From NCBI GenBank assembly GCA_018649885.1, contig JABIHA010000079.1:1-50001 (forward strand): a stretch of DNA of 50,001 bases, written 5' to 3'. Below are positions 28,860-39,028 of the stretch, one piece after another. The stretch's first letter is position 1. Each line of letters starts with the position of its first letter. Source of the DNA: Bacteriovoracaceae bacterium. Lineage in GTDB: Bacteria; Bdellovibrionota; Bacteriovoracia; Bacteriovoracales; Bacteriovoracaceae. The notes below the pieces were generated by a model. That model was given only the letters and a program-made list of their open reading frames with translations. It was not told where the DNA came from and made no database searches. The position numbers and the translations under genes are program-made.

Positions 28860-29474
28860 CTAAACACAAATTTCTAATGATCTATTAGGCTTTCTTCTTG
28901 AAATCCCAATATCTTCTGCTGTTAGCGCATAGACTCTGTGATCATGCCACTTCCCTTCAAAGAAGACTGCCCATTTCTTTAAACCTTCATAGCGAAACCC
29001 TAAAGATTTAATCAGTTTGATAGAGGCCTTATTATGAGGTTGAATCTCAGCTTCTAGTCTATGTATTTTAAGAGACTTAATAGCAAATTCTGCAGATTTT
29101 TTTACTAGTTCTCTGCCAAACCCTTTTCTCCAGTAGTTGTTAATGACAACGTAGCTTAAGTAGGCCCGCTGGACGTTATACCTTTGTATTAAAGTGAACC
29201 CAACTCGGGCGATCATTTTCCCAGACTTTCTTTCAAAAGCACTCATAAAGTAGATTTGACCACGCTCTCTTAGAGTTTTTTCGTGTGCTAGAGTCCCTAG
29301 AAAAGTTTTGTAGTTGAGATCTTTTTTTGCCACTAAATCATCATCAAATTCATTTTGGGAGGGAAGTGCCTCTAAGTAGCATTGTTTCCAAGTGCGGTAA
29401 TCACCTCGGTTTGATACCCTTATGTGTAATCGCCTAGTCTTGTACTCAAGTAAAATTGTTTTTTTATTGCTCAT
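28860..29474 (-). CDS. GNAT N-acetyltransferase (RimJ/RimL type)
   Basis: YWRKGFG, IHRLEA.I.P.N.AS..L...LGFR.EG and W.DH motifs. Confidence 0.9.
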   Translation of the reverse strand: MSNKKTILLEYKTRRLHIRVSNRGDYRTWKQCYLEALPSQNEFDDDLVAKKDLNYKTFLGTLAHEKTLRERGQIYFMSAFERKSGKMIARVGFTLIQRYNVQRAYLSYVVINNYWRKGFGRELVKKSAEFAIKSLKIHRLEAEIQPHNKASIKLIKSLGFRYEGLKKWAVFFEGKWHDHRVYALTAEDIGISRRKPNRSLEICV

Positions 29475-29515
29475 ACTTTTTTGCCAAATGTCGAAGGGCT
29501 ATATAGGAGTAGCTC

Positions 29516-30106
29516 ATGAAACTAGTCATCTTGATGATGCCACTATTACTTATCTTTACCAGTTGTTCATCTTTTTTAGTGACGCGCGATGATACTGTAC
29601 TTCCACCTGAAAGAAAAGTGGCTCGCAGAAAGGCCATGGCCCACTCCATGTATGTTCGCTCTGTTTACAAGGGAAGAGGAATAAGTGCTAATTCTCAAGA
29701 TGAGTTATTTTTGAGATTAGACCAAAATTGCTCATATCTTTATGAGGGCAAACTTTTGAAGAGGACTATGAAAACCTTTAAGAAAAAAGGTGTGGCCCAC
29801 GCAATTGGGGTTTGTATGTCGGATAAGATTGAAGACGAACCAACTGGGCAGCAAAAGAAAATCAATATTTACTCTAAATTTAGAATTACAACTGATGATG
29901 AGTTTGGGCCACTTTATGAGTCCAAGATGAAAGAGATTTTGAAGCGAAAATGCTCTATAAGATATAACGGTAGAATGAATAGGGCATCTTATATGATTAA
30001 ACAGCATAGTAAGTACGAATTCTATCTATTAGGAAGTTGTCAGCTTCCAAGTCAAAGTCGCCAAGTATCTAGCTTTGATACCCCTTTTGCCGACCAACCT
30101 CTTTAA
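29516..30106 (+). CDS. Hypothetical lipoprotein
   Basis: AGGAG RBS and lipobox FTSC. Confidence 0.8.
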   Translation: MKLVILMMPLLLIFTSCSSFLVTRDDTVLPPERKVARRKAMAHSMYVRSVYKGRGISANSQDELFLRLDQNCSYLYEGKLLKRTMKTFKKKGVAHAIGVCMSDKIEDEPTGQQKKINIYSKFRITTDDEFGPLYESKMKEILKRKCSIRYNGRMNRASYMIKQHSKYEFYLLGSCQLPSQSRQVSSFDTPFADQPL

Positions 30107-30159
30107 ATAATCAAATAAACCATGTAGTATGAAAGCACTAAATTTGCTGAGGTTCTACA

Positions 30160-31284
30160 ATGCCCTTTGTTATCATTCTTGCAGTTTATTCTGTGATAAT
30201 GCAAATTACTGACACTAAGACTCCCGTTTTTCGGCTTTCAGTTCTTCTGATCGTTGGGGTGTATTGGTATTTTAAAGATAGAATCGATAATAGTCTGCTC
30301 AGTTATGTTAACTCCGAAAAAACTAAAAAAATATTAATGATCCTTGTGATACTTCTATCTGTTGCTCGAGTAGCTCAAACAATCTACCGAATTGGAAAAC
30401 CTCGCGGCTTTATGGAAGATCAAGCCGCCCTTATGAAAAATTCCACAGAGGCCTTAGTGAAAAGAGGTGAAAATTTTTACACAGTCTACGTGGACCCATA
30501 CGGGGTTACCATGAATGATGGCACTGAAAAAAGATTTGATGGCCATAAATATACACCCCTTCAAAATCTTATCTACGGCCCCTGGACTCTTTTATTTGAT
30601 TTGAAGGGAATGTACGTAGGCAATATATTTTCTTACGTTGGAATTGCCACAACAATTTTTCTAATACTCAAATCCCTTTCATTGGTTCACGGACTTTTTG
30701 GGCTTTTAATTTTTCTCACAACAGACTTTGTCTATGTATTGGCATTTAATAACGGAACCACTGATTTTTACCCCACCCTATTTTCTCTCCTATCTCTTGC
30801 TAGCTTGCAGCGTGGAAAAGAAAATAGAGCGGGGATACTTCTGGGCCTCAGCATTGCATGCAAGCAAGTTCCTGGAGCTATTTTCGCTCTGTATGCATTG
30901 ATTCAAAAAAAATATAGGGTCTTTTTATTGGCCTCAGCCGTATTTTGGGTAGTGTGCCTGCCCTTTGTCATTTGGGATCCCCAGTCATTTTTTAGACAAA
31001 TTTTTGAATTTCCTATGGTCAGACCTCCAGGCCCTCTTGCAATGATGTATTATTTGCCCGAGTGGGGAAAATTGATCTTTAAAATTGTAGGCCCTTTAAC
31101 AATTTCTTTAGCTTTTCTTAATAGAAAGGACAGTACCTGGTTACTCCAGAAAGGATGGGCCCTCGCTGCATGGGGAGTCTATATATTTATTCTCTTCATG
31201 AAAATGTCCCCAACCCATTACTTCGTATGGACTTGTCCTTTCATCATTTTATGGTTTCTTACTCCCAGGAAAAAAGCTGTTTGA
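30160..31284 (+). CDS. Polytopic membrane glycosyltransferase, GT-C/GT87 (DUF2029)-like
   Basis: Many TM helices; Y.P, NGT.D, GILLGLS.A.KQ.P and PF..W.P..F patterns. Confidence 0.7.
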   Translation: MPFVIILAVYSVIMQITDTKTPVFRLSVLLIVGVYWYFKDRIDNSLLSYVNSEKTKKILMILVILLSVARVAQTIYRIGKPRGFMEDQAALMKNSTEALVKRGENFYTVYVDPYGVTMNDGTEKRFDGHKYTPLQNLIYGPWTLLFDLKGMYVGNIFSYVGIATTIFLILKSLSLVHGLFGLLIFLTTDFVYVLAFNNGTTDFYPTLFSLLSLASLQRGKENRAGILLGLSIACKQVPGAIFALYALIQKKYRVFLLASAVFWVVCLPFVIWDPQSFFRQIFEFPMVRPPGPLAMMYYLPEWGKLIFKIVGPLTISLAFLNRKDSTWLLQKGWALAAWGVYIFILFMKMSPTHYFVWTCPFIILWFLTPRKKAV

Positions 31285-31351
31285 AACTGTGCATTTCTCG
31301 TCATACAATCCTCTAGTTAATTTTTACAATTTTCTTACATGGAGGATGAAA

Positions 31352-32665
31352 TTGAAAAAGTTCCTTTTCTTGGCGCTTGTACTGCAAAGTTTATCAGGCT
31401 TTGCACAGTTTAAAAGCGTTGATTATAACAACTATTCAGCAGCTCTAAAAGTTTGGTACGGAGTCGCTAGTCCCAACAAAGTGGGCACAGTTTACAAATC
31501 TAATATCCTCTCAAACTCTTTTGCAATTTACTTTGATGATTACTTTAAAAAACAAAGTAAGTGGGTTCTTGCAAAAAAGATTCTCTACAGTGGTAGCAAT
31601 CCTAGCTTTAAACGGATAGAGAGAGTTCAAATGTCCCAAGCCCCTTATAACGATAAGGTGATTGGAACATATAACCACTTGTGGATATATCAAAAGGCAG
31701 ACCCTGCTAAGAGGCTTCTTCTTATCCAAAGTGGGACTAGTCTAGGCGCCTACTATAATAGGTCTGATGGTAAGTCATTGAAAATGGCCAATACCTATCT
31801 AGAAGAAATAGAAAAAGACCTCCTTTCAACGACTCCCTATAGAGGAAGAGTTCTTGAGTTTGCAAAAAATAAAATTTCATTTTGGCAGGGAGTAGACTCA
31901 CTCAATGTGGATTGGAATAAGTTTATTTTTAATAGTGATGAAAAAATCCAAATGCAGCAAACTATTGATGGTTTTTTAAATAACTATGGAAGCGCTGATT
32001 GGGAGAAATACAAACTTCCTAAAAATAGAGGTGTTCTTCTCTATGGGCCTCCCGGAACTGGAAAGAGTTTTGTGGCGAAAATTTTGGCCTCAAATGTTAT
32101 GAAAAATCGCTATAAAAATAAAGTGACTTATATTCATGTACAGGCCAGACATTTGAGCTACTCTGTCTATGTTCGTCAGCTCTATGATGCCGCAAGAATA
32201 CTATCACCCTCTGTTGTATTCATTGAAGACGTGGATTTGATAGCAGGAACTGATCGAACAGATCGGGCCGATGTTAAAAATGAGCTGATGCAACAACTTA
32301 GTGGGGTAGAGAGCTTAAAAGGTGTTATCACTATTGCTACTACCAATCTCGCTGAAAAAATTGACCCAGCTCTTAAAAGAAGTAAAAGACTTGGCTTCCA
32401 TCATCTTGTAGGCCTTCCTAGCTACGACTCTAGAGTGGATCTATTTAAACTCTATACTAAAAAATACCTTGTTCAAGATTTAGACTACGGTCGTCTCTCT
32501 TCTAAAACTGAAGGAAAAACGGGAGCTGATATTAAAGAAATTGTTCAGCTTGCTGTAGAGAAATCTATTTATGACGGGGAAGTAGATCGGGGCACAAAAA
32601 ATGTATTGCTCTATCAACGCAATATGGAGTTGGCCTTAAAAGGTAAGAATAAGTGGAAAAACTAA
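31352..32665 (+). CDS. AAA+ ATPase with N-terminal signal peptide (paralog 1)
   Basis: Walker A GPPGTGKS, Walker B VFIEDVD, sensor/SRH ATTN..IDPAL.RS.RL. Probable start TTG 31352 (or ATG 31346) after GGAGG; the ORF track starts at 31289. Confidence 0.9.
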   Translation: MKKFLFLALVLQSLSGFAQFKSVDYNNYSAALKVWYGVASPNKVGTVYKSNILSNSFAIYFDDYFKKQSKWVLAKKILYSGSNPSFKRIERVQMSQAPYNDKVIGTYNHLWIYQKADPAKRLLLIQSGTSLGAYYNRSDGKSLKMANTYLEEIEKDLLSTTPYRGRVLEFAKNKISFWQGVDSLNVDWNKFIFNSDEKIQMQQTIDGFLNNYGSADWEKYKLPKNRGVLLYGPPGTGKSFVAKILASNVMKNRYKNKVTYIHVQARHLSYSVYVRQLYDAARILSPSVVFIEDVDLIAGTDRTDRADVKNELMQQLSGVESLKGVITIATTNLAEKIDPALKRSKRLGFHHLVGLPSYDSRVDLFKLYTKKYLVQDLDYGRLSSKTEGKTGADIKEIVQLAVEKSIYDGEVDRGTKNVLLYQRNMELALKGKNKWKN

Positions 32666-32682
32666 TCGTAAGGAAGAATGTC

Positions 32683-34089
32683 ATGAAACAAATATATAAA
32701 ATTTTATTACTCACTGGCCTTTTGGCCTTTGGGAGCGCATCTTTTGCAAAAGATGCGGATGATCCGAATTTCAACAATTGGCCAAACGCTGCTTATAGCT
32801 GGCTCAATGTTACATCTCTTGGAGATACACACTCACTAACTACAACAGTTTTAAGTGATTTTGTTAATCTCCATTACGTAGCAACTTCTAGGTATTTAAA
32901 TGATCCAGCAAGCAACTATACAATTTACGATAGAGCTGCTTATGTGTGGGGACAAAGAGTTCCAATTAGCACTGATTATGTCCAGGTAAACAACCACGGT
33001 GGTTCTGAGCTGATGATGGTGGGAGGTGGCTACTACTTTGTTCATATAGGAAAGGATAAGAGCACTGCTAAGCGGGCGATTATTGCAGTGAGAACTGACT
33101 ATTACAGAAATTATGTAACAATTTATACAAATGATTCCAACATTGATTTGACCAAGAGTATTTTGAAAAATATCGAAAGCTACCTAGATAAGAAAAATAT
33201 TTATAAAAATGGTGTGGTTGAATTTAAAGAATATAAAATTGGCTTCATGCAAAACACTAATAATTACCAATACAAGTGGGATGATCTCATCATTGATAAG
33301 ACTATCAAGGATGTGACCTATCTCAATACCCATGAGTTTTTGAATAAGTTTCCTACTTATAAAACTTACGGCGTAAAACCCAAAAAAGGGATTTTACTTC
33401 AAGGTCCTCCAGGCACTGGTAAGTCTTTTCTGGGACAGATTATGATTTCAAATGTCTTACATGGGAATTTGAAAAATAAATCATCATTTTTCTACCTCTC
33501 AGCAAGGCATTTAAATGGCAGTAAGAGAATTAAAAGACTATTTGATGCTGCTAAATTGATTTCACCCACCACACTTTTTATGGAAGACATAGATCTTGTT
33601 GGTGTAAGCAGTAGAGGCGGTAGTAAAAAGCCTGTTTACAATCAAATTGTATTAAACGAGTTTTTAAATGGTCTAGATGGACTGGTTGAAAGTGAAGGAA
33701 TCCTCACAGTTGCTACAACTAATAGAGGCGACGCTCTTGATCCTGCTCTTTTACGCTCAGGTAGGCTTGGACTTCATATTACATTTGATCTCCCCAAGTT
33801 TTCTGTAAGAAAAGAGTTCTTTATTAAGTACGGAAAAAGAAAAGCTGTTTGGGACGTTGATGTTGACGTTGAATGGCTAGCTTCTGAATCAGAGAAATTT
33901 TCTGGTGCAGATATTATTGAGGCCATAGACCTTGCAAAGCAGATGGCCTTTCAGCAAAACTCTAAAACTAAAGACGGAGAAAATCTGCTACTTACTAAAG
34001 CACACTTCGCAAAAGCATTTTCCATTATCAGTGTAAACCAAGATGGGAAATCATTTATTCAAGCATTAGACGTTAGCTCACTTAGATAA
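32683..34089 (+). CDS. AAA+ ATPase with N-terminal signal peptide (paralog 2)
   Basis: GILLQGPPGTGKS, LFMEDID, ATTNR..LDPALLRSGRL. Probable start ATG 32683 after AAGGA; the ORF track starts at 32653. Confidence 0.9.
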   Translation: MKQIYKILLLTGLLAFGSASFAKDADDPNFNNWPNAAYSWLNVTSLGDTHSLTTTVLSDFVNLHYVATSRYLNDPASNYTIYDRAAYVWGQRVPISTDYVQVNNHGGSELMMVGGGYYFVHIGKDKSTAKRAIIAVRTDYYRNYVTIYTNDSNIDLTKSILKNIESYLDKKNIYKNGVVEFKEYKIGFMQNTNNYQYKWDDLIIDKTIKDVTYLNTHEFLNKFPTYKTYGVKPKKGILLQGPPGTGKSFLGQIMISNVLHGNLKNKSSFFYLSARHLNGSKRIKRLFDAAKLISPTTLFMEDIDLVGVSSRGGSKKPVYNQIVLNEFLNGLDGLVESEGILTVATTNRGDALDPALLRSGRLGLHITFDLPKFSVRKEFFIKYGKRKAVWDVDVDVEWLASESEKFSGADIIEAIDLAKQMAFQQNSKTKDGENLLLTKAHFAKAFSIISVNQDGKSFIQALDVSSLR

Positions 34090-34122
34090 AAAAAAGGGCC
34101 CATTTAAAAATGGGCCCCTTTT
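34088..34122. terminator. Bidirectional intrinsic terminator
   Basis: A-tract, GGGCCCATTT-aa-AAATGGGCCC, then CTTTT; lies between the convergent AAA and sodB genes. Confidence 0.85.
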
Positions 34123-34147
34123 ATTTCACAAAAAATTCTTTTAAGTT

Positions 34148-34729
34148 CTATGCTAGGTTTTTGTTAGCAAAATCCCAATTAACAAGATTCCAGAAAGCTT
34201 CTACATATTTAGGTCGAGCATTTCTGTAGTCGATGTAATAGGCGTGTTCCCAAACATCACAAGTTAAAACAGGAGTATGTCCATCTCTAAGAGGACAGTC
34301 TGCATTTGTTGTTTGTACGATATCAAGGCTTCCGTCAGCAGTCTTAACTAGCCAACACCATCCTGAACCAAAAAGAGTTCCAGCTTTTGCAGTAAACTCT
34401 TCTTTAAATTTATCAAAAGATCCCCACTTAGCATTAATCGCATCAGCTACTGCTCCAGCAGGAGTACCGCCGCCATTTGGCTTAAGTGAGTTCCAGTAAA
34501 ATGTGTGGTTCCAGATTTGGGCGCCATTATTAAAAATTCCACCTGTGGCTCCTCGAACGATATCTTCAAGGGATTTTCCTTCCCATTCAGTACCTGGGAC
34601 AGCCGCATTTAACTTTGCAATATAGCCAGCGTGGTGCTTGCCGTAATGAAACTCTAAAGTCTCTGGTGAAATATGTGGTGTCAAAGCGTCATTAGAGTAG
34701 GGTAGTTCTGGTAATTTATGCTCCATCAT
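34148..34729 (-). CDS. sodB: Superoxide dismutase [Fe]
   Basis: [21 protein letters not shown] and [11 protein letters not shown] motifs. Confidence 0.95.
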   Translation of the reverse strand: MMEHKLPELPYSNDALTPHISPETLEFHYGKHHAGYIAKLNAAVPGTEWEGKSLEDIVRGATGGIFNNGAQIWNHTFYWNSLKPNGGGTPAGAVADAINAKWGSFDKFKEEFTAKAGTLFGSGWCWLVKTADGSLDIVQTTNADCPLRDGHTPVLTCDVWEHAYYIDYRNARPKYVEAFWNLVNWDFANKNLA

Positions 34730-34881
34730 AGTCTCCTTATTTGGTTGGTCTTATAAAATAATCTCTTAGCGAAATTCGTGAATTACCTAAGAAATATCAT
34801 ATATTCAAATTTTATTCACCCTCCACCATGTCATTCATGATGGATTTTTTCATCCACTAGGTTTAGGATGTAAAGACCATT

Positions 34882-35853
34882 TTGGGACAAAGGAAACCTA
34901 GAGTGAAATTGATTTATTTAATGGTGCTATTAACATCTACTATCGCTCTGGCGCAAAGGCCCGCGTGGATCAACAATCCCGGCGAGGGCTGTACCCCATT
35001 AGAATTGTGTGGTGTCGGTGAGGGCTCAGGGCTGATGTCAGCTGAAGCAGCTGCTAGAAGGGCCCTAGCGCTCATATTCAAGGCACAAATCAAATCTGAG
35101 AGCACATCCACCAAGAGCGTATCTCAAACTGGGGGCGATGAACTCTTAAGTTCAGATATCACAGAAGAGACTCAATTTTTTGTCACTGAGATCACTGATA
35201 AGGTGATTGAGGGATCAGTTGTTAAGAAAAGATTTGAAAAAGAAGGCAGAGTCTTTGTTTTAGTTGCACTCAAAAAGAGGAAAGCTGCAGCGAGACTGAA
35301 AAGTGAAATGGATTTGATGGATCAAAAAATGAAGTCTCTTTTAAAAGAGGGAAAAAGATCATCACTCCATAGAATACTCAAAATGTACGATATTAGGGAA
35401 ACTCTCAATAGGGACTACGAGTTTCTCACTAATTTCAAAAATCCCGCCGTCATCTCCCTTGCCGAGGTTCAAAGAAAGAGACTTAAGTATGTTGATCGAA
35501 AGACAACATTAAAGGTTCAGATATTTGGTGATGATACTTTAAAGAGTGTAGAGAGCACTTTAGTACAAGCGTTGCTGGATAGCGGCTTTAGAATAGTGCC
35601 AGAAGCAAATTCTTCTAGCTTTGCCATTAAAGGCGAATTTAAGTCTGACCGTTTATTTTTGAACGTGAAAGGTTTCGAGAAGCATCAGTTTCATCTGACG
35701 CTCTATACTCAGAACAAGTTGGGGTCTAAAATTGGGGCCCTCAATTACTCCACCGTGAAACTTGCTAGAAGTGGAAAGCAGGCCATGGAAAAAGCGATGC
35801 TGGAGATGAAGTCATTTATTAAAGAAAATCTTGATGAGCTAAATATTGATTGA
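34882..35853 (+). CDS. LPP20-like secreted protein
   Basis: P.WI..P...CGVG.G....A...A...LA..F...I pattern; probable start GTG 34903; first gene of the lipoprotein operon. Confidence 0.75.
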   Translation: MGQRKPRVKLIYLMVLLTSTIALAQRPAWINNPGEGCTPLELCGVGEGSGLMSAEAAARRALALIFKAQIKSESTSTKSVSQTGGDELLSSDITEETQFFVTEITDKVIEGSVVKKRFEKEGRVFVLVALKKRKAAARLKSEMDLMDQKMKSLLKEGKRSSLHRILKMYDIRETLNRDYEFLTNFKNPAVISLAEVQRKRLKYVDRKTTLKVQIFGDDTLKSVESTLVQALLDSGFRIVPEANSSSFAIKGEFKSDRLFLNVKGFEKHQFHLTLYTQNKLGSKIGALNYSTVKLARSGKQAMEKAMLEMKSFIKENLDELNID

Positions 35854-35876
35854 GTGATCCTTTTTGGAGGTATGAA

Positions 35877-36566
35877 ATGAAATTCATAGCAGTTTTAACA
35901 ATGGCGTCCCTGTTTATTCTTGGAGGTTGTTCAAGTTCTAAGCACAAAGAAAAACTTGAAGTTCAAGACAACACGGAGACGATTAAAAAAGATTATGAAG
36001 TAAGAGATGCAAGTCATACTATGCGACCAGCATGGGTGCAAAATGCAATTTTATGGGCAGATGAAGTTGGCAAAGATGGCGCTAAATTTAGATACCACTC
36101 CTATCAAACGGGTGTAAAGGTTGATAGAGAAACGGCGTGCTCTCTTGCTAAAACTTATGCAAGAGCAGATGTGGCTTCAGAGATTTCTAGTTTTATCCAA
36201 AAGACTATGGCCGCCTCAAAAGAAGGACAGGCAAGTATCGATGATACCAATCCTGTAACAGCACCTCTTCGTGAGTATATTGAAGACACCTTGGCCGAAA
36301 GAGTTCAAGCCTTTCTTCACGGTGCAAGCCTCAGGGGAACCTACTGGGAAAAAAGATTCTATCTTCAAGACATGGGCGCTAGTAGAAATTACACGGGCTA
36401 CACCTGTGCAGCTCTTATTAGAATTGAAAACAAATTCATAAAAGAGGCAATTGGCAGGGCCATCGCTCAACTTGTGAACAAAACTGATTCAAATCTAAAA
36501 AGCAATGTTAAGCAGGCGCTTGATAATGTGGCTGACTCTTATTTAAAAGAAACTGGTAAAATGTAA
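35877..36566 (+). CDS. Lipoprotein (LPP20-like)
   Basis: GGAGG RBS, lipobox LGGC, RP.WV, A...ARA.VA..I and YWEK. Confidence 0.75.
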   Translation: MKFIAVLTMASLFILGGCSSSKHKEKLEVQDNTETIKKDYEVRDASHTMRPAWVQNAILWADEVGKDGAKFRYHSYQTGVKVDRETACSLAKTYARADVASEISSFIQKTMAASKEGQASIDDTNPVTAPLREYIEDTLAERVQAFLHGASLRGTYWEKRFYLQDMGASRNYTGYTCAALIRIENKFIKEAIGRAIAQLVNKTDSNLKSNVKQALDNVADSYLKETGKM

Positions 36567-36584
36567 TAATATTTGGAGATAAAA

Positions 36585-37205
36585 ATGAAAAAATTCCTGC
36601 CTCTAATAACTCTTTTAACACTAACATCTCTTTTTTCTGTTAGCTGTGGAAGTTTTAAGGCCAAAAGAGTGGATTCAAAAGAATCAGATGAAAAGGCCCT
36701 TGAGATTACCGATGAATGGGTTAATGCGGACACAGAAAGAATTGTTCGTGATCTAATGAAGCAAGTGAGTGCTCACAGAGGTTGGAAGAGATTTCTTACA
36801 ACTTACAGAGGGACTCCAAAAGTTTTTATTGGAGAGGTTCAAAATCTTACTAGTGAGCCCTACTTTCCAATCTCTGATCTAAATGACGAGCTTTTAAATG
36901 AACTCTCAGCGAGTGGAGACTTTGTTCTTGTGGACGCATCTGCCAGAGAAGCCATCTTAAAAGAGATTACTTATCAAAATGACGGAATGGTTGATCCAAG
37001 TACCGCCAAGTCTATTGGAAAACAAACAGGCGCTGATTTGATTATCTTTGGAAATGTTCACATGAAGCCAAAAGCACGCGCCGGCAAAACCATTAAGGAA
37101 TACTCAGTTAACGTAAGAATGACCAATATTGAAAAGGCCGTTGAAGTTCTTAGAACAAGGGCCAAGCTGTTTAAGTACTCAGACCAAGCTGCATCTGGCT
37201 GGTAG
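36585..37205 (+). CDS. Penicillin-binding protein activator LpoB/CsgG-like lipoprotein
   Basis: Lipobox SVSC; V.NLTSE, SG.F..VD...R, YQ..G.VD..TA..IG.Q.GAD patterns. Confidence 0.85.
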   Translation: MKKFLPLITLLTLTSLFSVSCGSFKAKRVDSKESDEKALEITDEWVNADTERIVRDLMKQVSAHRGWKRFLTTYRGTPKVFIGEVQNLTSEPYFPISDLNDELLNELSASGDFVLVDASAREAILKEITYQNDGMVDPSTAKSIGKQTGADLIIFGNVHMKPKARAGKTIKEYSVNVRMTNIEKAVEVLRTRAKLFKYSDQAASGW

Positions 37206-37210
37206 AGTAG

Positions 37211-38947
37211 GTGCTAAAAACAAATAGGGGCAGAAAGTATTCACTATTTTCTGCCTTACTACTTTCAATTCTTCTTCTTTCTTCCTGCTCTAGCACTCAA
37301 CATAAAGAGCAGTCAGCTTTTAGAGATCTCTACAAAAGTGGCCAATACGATGAGGCGCTATCGCTTTTAAAAGACTCAGAAGTAGGAAAAGACCAGGACA
37401 ACCAACTTTTATATTATTTTGAAAAAGCTCTGATTCATCATTCAAAAAAAGAATACTACCAATCAGTTTTAACTTTCAACAAGGCCATTAAAAAGGCCCG
37501 TCAGCTTTATACTGAAAGTATCTCAAAAAAGATTTTAAAAGGCCTTGTTAACGATAAGGTAGATAAATACTACGGGCTTCCCTATGAAGTCTCTCTTGCC
37601 TACTTCTACGCAAGTTTAGGGCACTATCTCATTGCTCAGCAGGGATTTTATGAGAGATATACCCCCGCTACTCCCGATGCCAAGCCCATTAAAAGGGTCG
37701 ATTTGAGCAAAGGCCAGCGCAGGAAAGAACTACTTAGTGCTCGTGCCACAGTAGTAGCGTGGGATAGCTTTTTAAAAACTCTTCGGGCCCAAAAATTGGG
37801 GAAGAGTGTTTTTAAAGATGATCTACTTGCAAAAACTTGGGGAGCTTTTATTCACGAGGCGATTGCCACTAGTCAGGATCTTCAAACTGCTCTTTTACTT
37901 TATAGAAAGGCCCGTGAGTTAGTGTTCAAAAATTATAATTCTTACAAGGCCTACAATACACTTTCAAAAAAATTCAGAGGGGATTTTGAAAGGCTTCCCT
38001 CTCTACCGAAGAGTAAAGTCAAAAGTGACTACATTGCTAGAACTCCACATCAAGCACAGCTGTCTGATTTCCTAGACAGAAAAATTATTTCTCTCACAAA
38101 AAAATTCAGACCCAGAAGAGTCAAGAATCTAAAAACTCAGTTGGGTATTGATCCCAAATTGATCAAAGAAGTTCCAAGTTATTCAAAAAATGCCACCAAT
38201 ATTACAGTTGTTCTTCAAAATGGAATGGTTCCTCACAAGAAACCCAAGAGATACGATATTGGAATCGAAGGGGCGCTGAAGGCCACTAAAAATCGCACAG
38301 CAAGAAGGATTATCACCCAAGTGGGAGTTCCTCTTCTTGGAGCATTTGCTGCCAATCAGTTGGGATTGATTCCTAAAAGAGCAAGCTATCCTGGAGCGAT
38401 GATTGGACTCTATGGTGCCCAAGCGGCAGTGGCCATTGCCACCATTGGATTTGAACTCCCTATTATGAGATCACCTTACGATGGTAGAGCAGGGGTACTC
38501 GAAATTACCGATGAGTCCGGAGCTCCAGTTAAATCTCTTAAGATTCCTATTGCTTCACCTCTTGGTGATATTGCAGAAGAGTCCGTAGTTGAAAATACAT
38601 CTGCACTTTATTTGAGAACTGGATTAAGGGTTGCTGGAAAACATGTTGCGGCCATCGCAACAGCTTATATGACTTACAAGAGTTTAAAGAAAACCCTCCC
38701 GGCAAAGTGGGCCGCCGTTGCTGGTTACTCACTTGCCTCAAGAGGAATTTCAGAAACTGAAAAAGCAGACGTTCGTTACTGGAGTACACTGCCTTTTGAT
38801 GTGAAGCTTAGAAGCTTTCACCTAGGACCTGGAAAGTATCATCTAAAGTACAATTTCGCGGGAAAGGTAATCGACTTGGGAGTTCACCATGTTAAAAATA
38901 ATGGTATTCCACTTCTAATTAATAGGCGCTTAGCAAATCTGTACTGA
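37211..38947 (+). CDS. COG3014 family TPR lipoprotein
   Basis: Lipobox LSSC; D.LLY..E, Y.G..YE and AD.R.W.TLP motifs; adjacent to the LpoB-like gene. Confidence 0.85.
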   Translation: MLKTNRGRKYSLFSALLLSILLLSSCSSTQHKEQSAFRDLYKSGQYDEALSLLKDSEVGKDQDNQLLYYFEKALIHHSKKEYYQSVLTFNKAIKKARQLYTESISKKILKGLVNDKVDKYYGLPYEVSLAYFYASLGHYLIAQQGFYERYTPATPDAKPIKRVDLSKGQRRKELLSARATVVAWDSFLKTLRAQKLGKSVFKDDLLAKTWGAFIHEAIATSQDLQTALLLYRKARELVFKNYNSYKAYNTLSKKFRGDFERLPSLPKSKVKSDYIARTPHQAQLSDFLDRKIISLTKKFRPRRVKNLKTQLGIDPKLIKEVPSYSKNATNITVVLQNGMVPHKKPKRYDIGIEGALKATKNRTARRIITQVGVPLLGAFAANQLGLIPKRASYPGAMIGLYGAQAAVAIATIGFELPIMRSPYDGRAGVLEITDESGAPVKSLKIPIASPLGDIAEESVVENTSALYLRTGLRVAGKHVAAIATAYMTYKSLKKTLPAKWAAVAGYSLASRGISETEKADVRYWSTLPFDVKLRSFHLGPGKYHLKYNFAGKVIDLGVHHVKNNGIPLLINRRLANLY

Positions 38948-39028
38948 TACCCTCGGGTAATTTGTTCCTCAAGCGTATTTCAAAAATTAAGAAATTGAGA
39001 ATTGTAATTCTATTACCGATTCTTAGGT

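Noticed and set aside
38996..39022. ACCGATTC upstream of the HExxH gene as a sigma28 promoter
   Set aside because: The -35 match is poor and the box is very close to the start codon.
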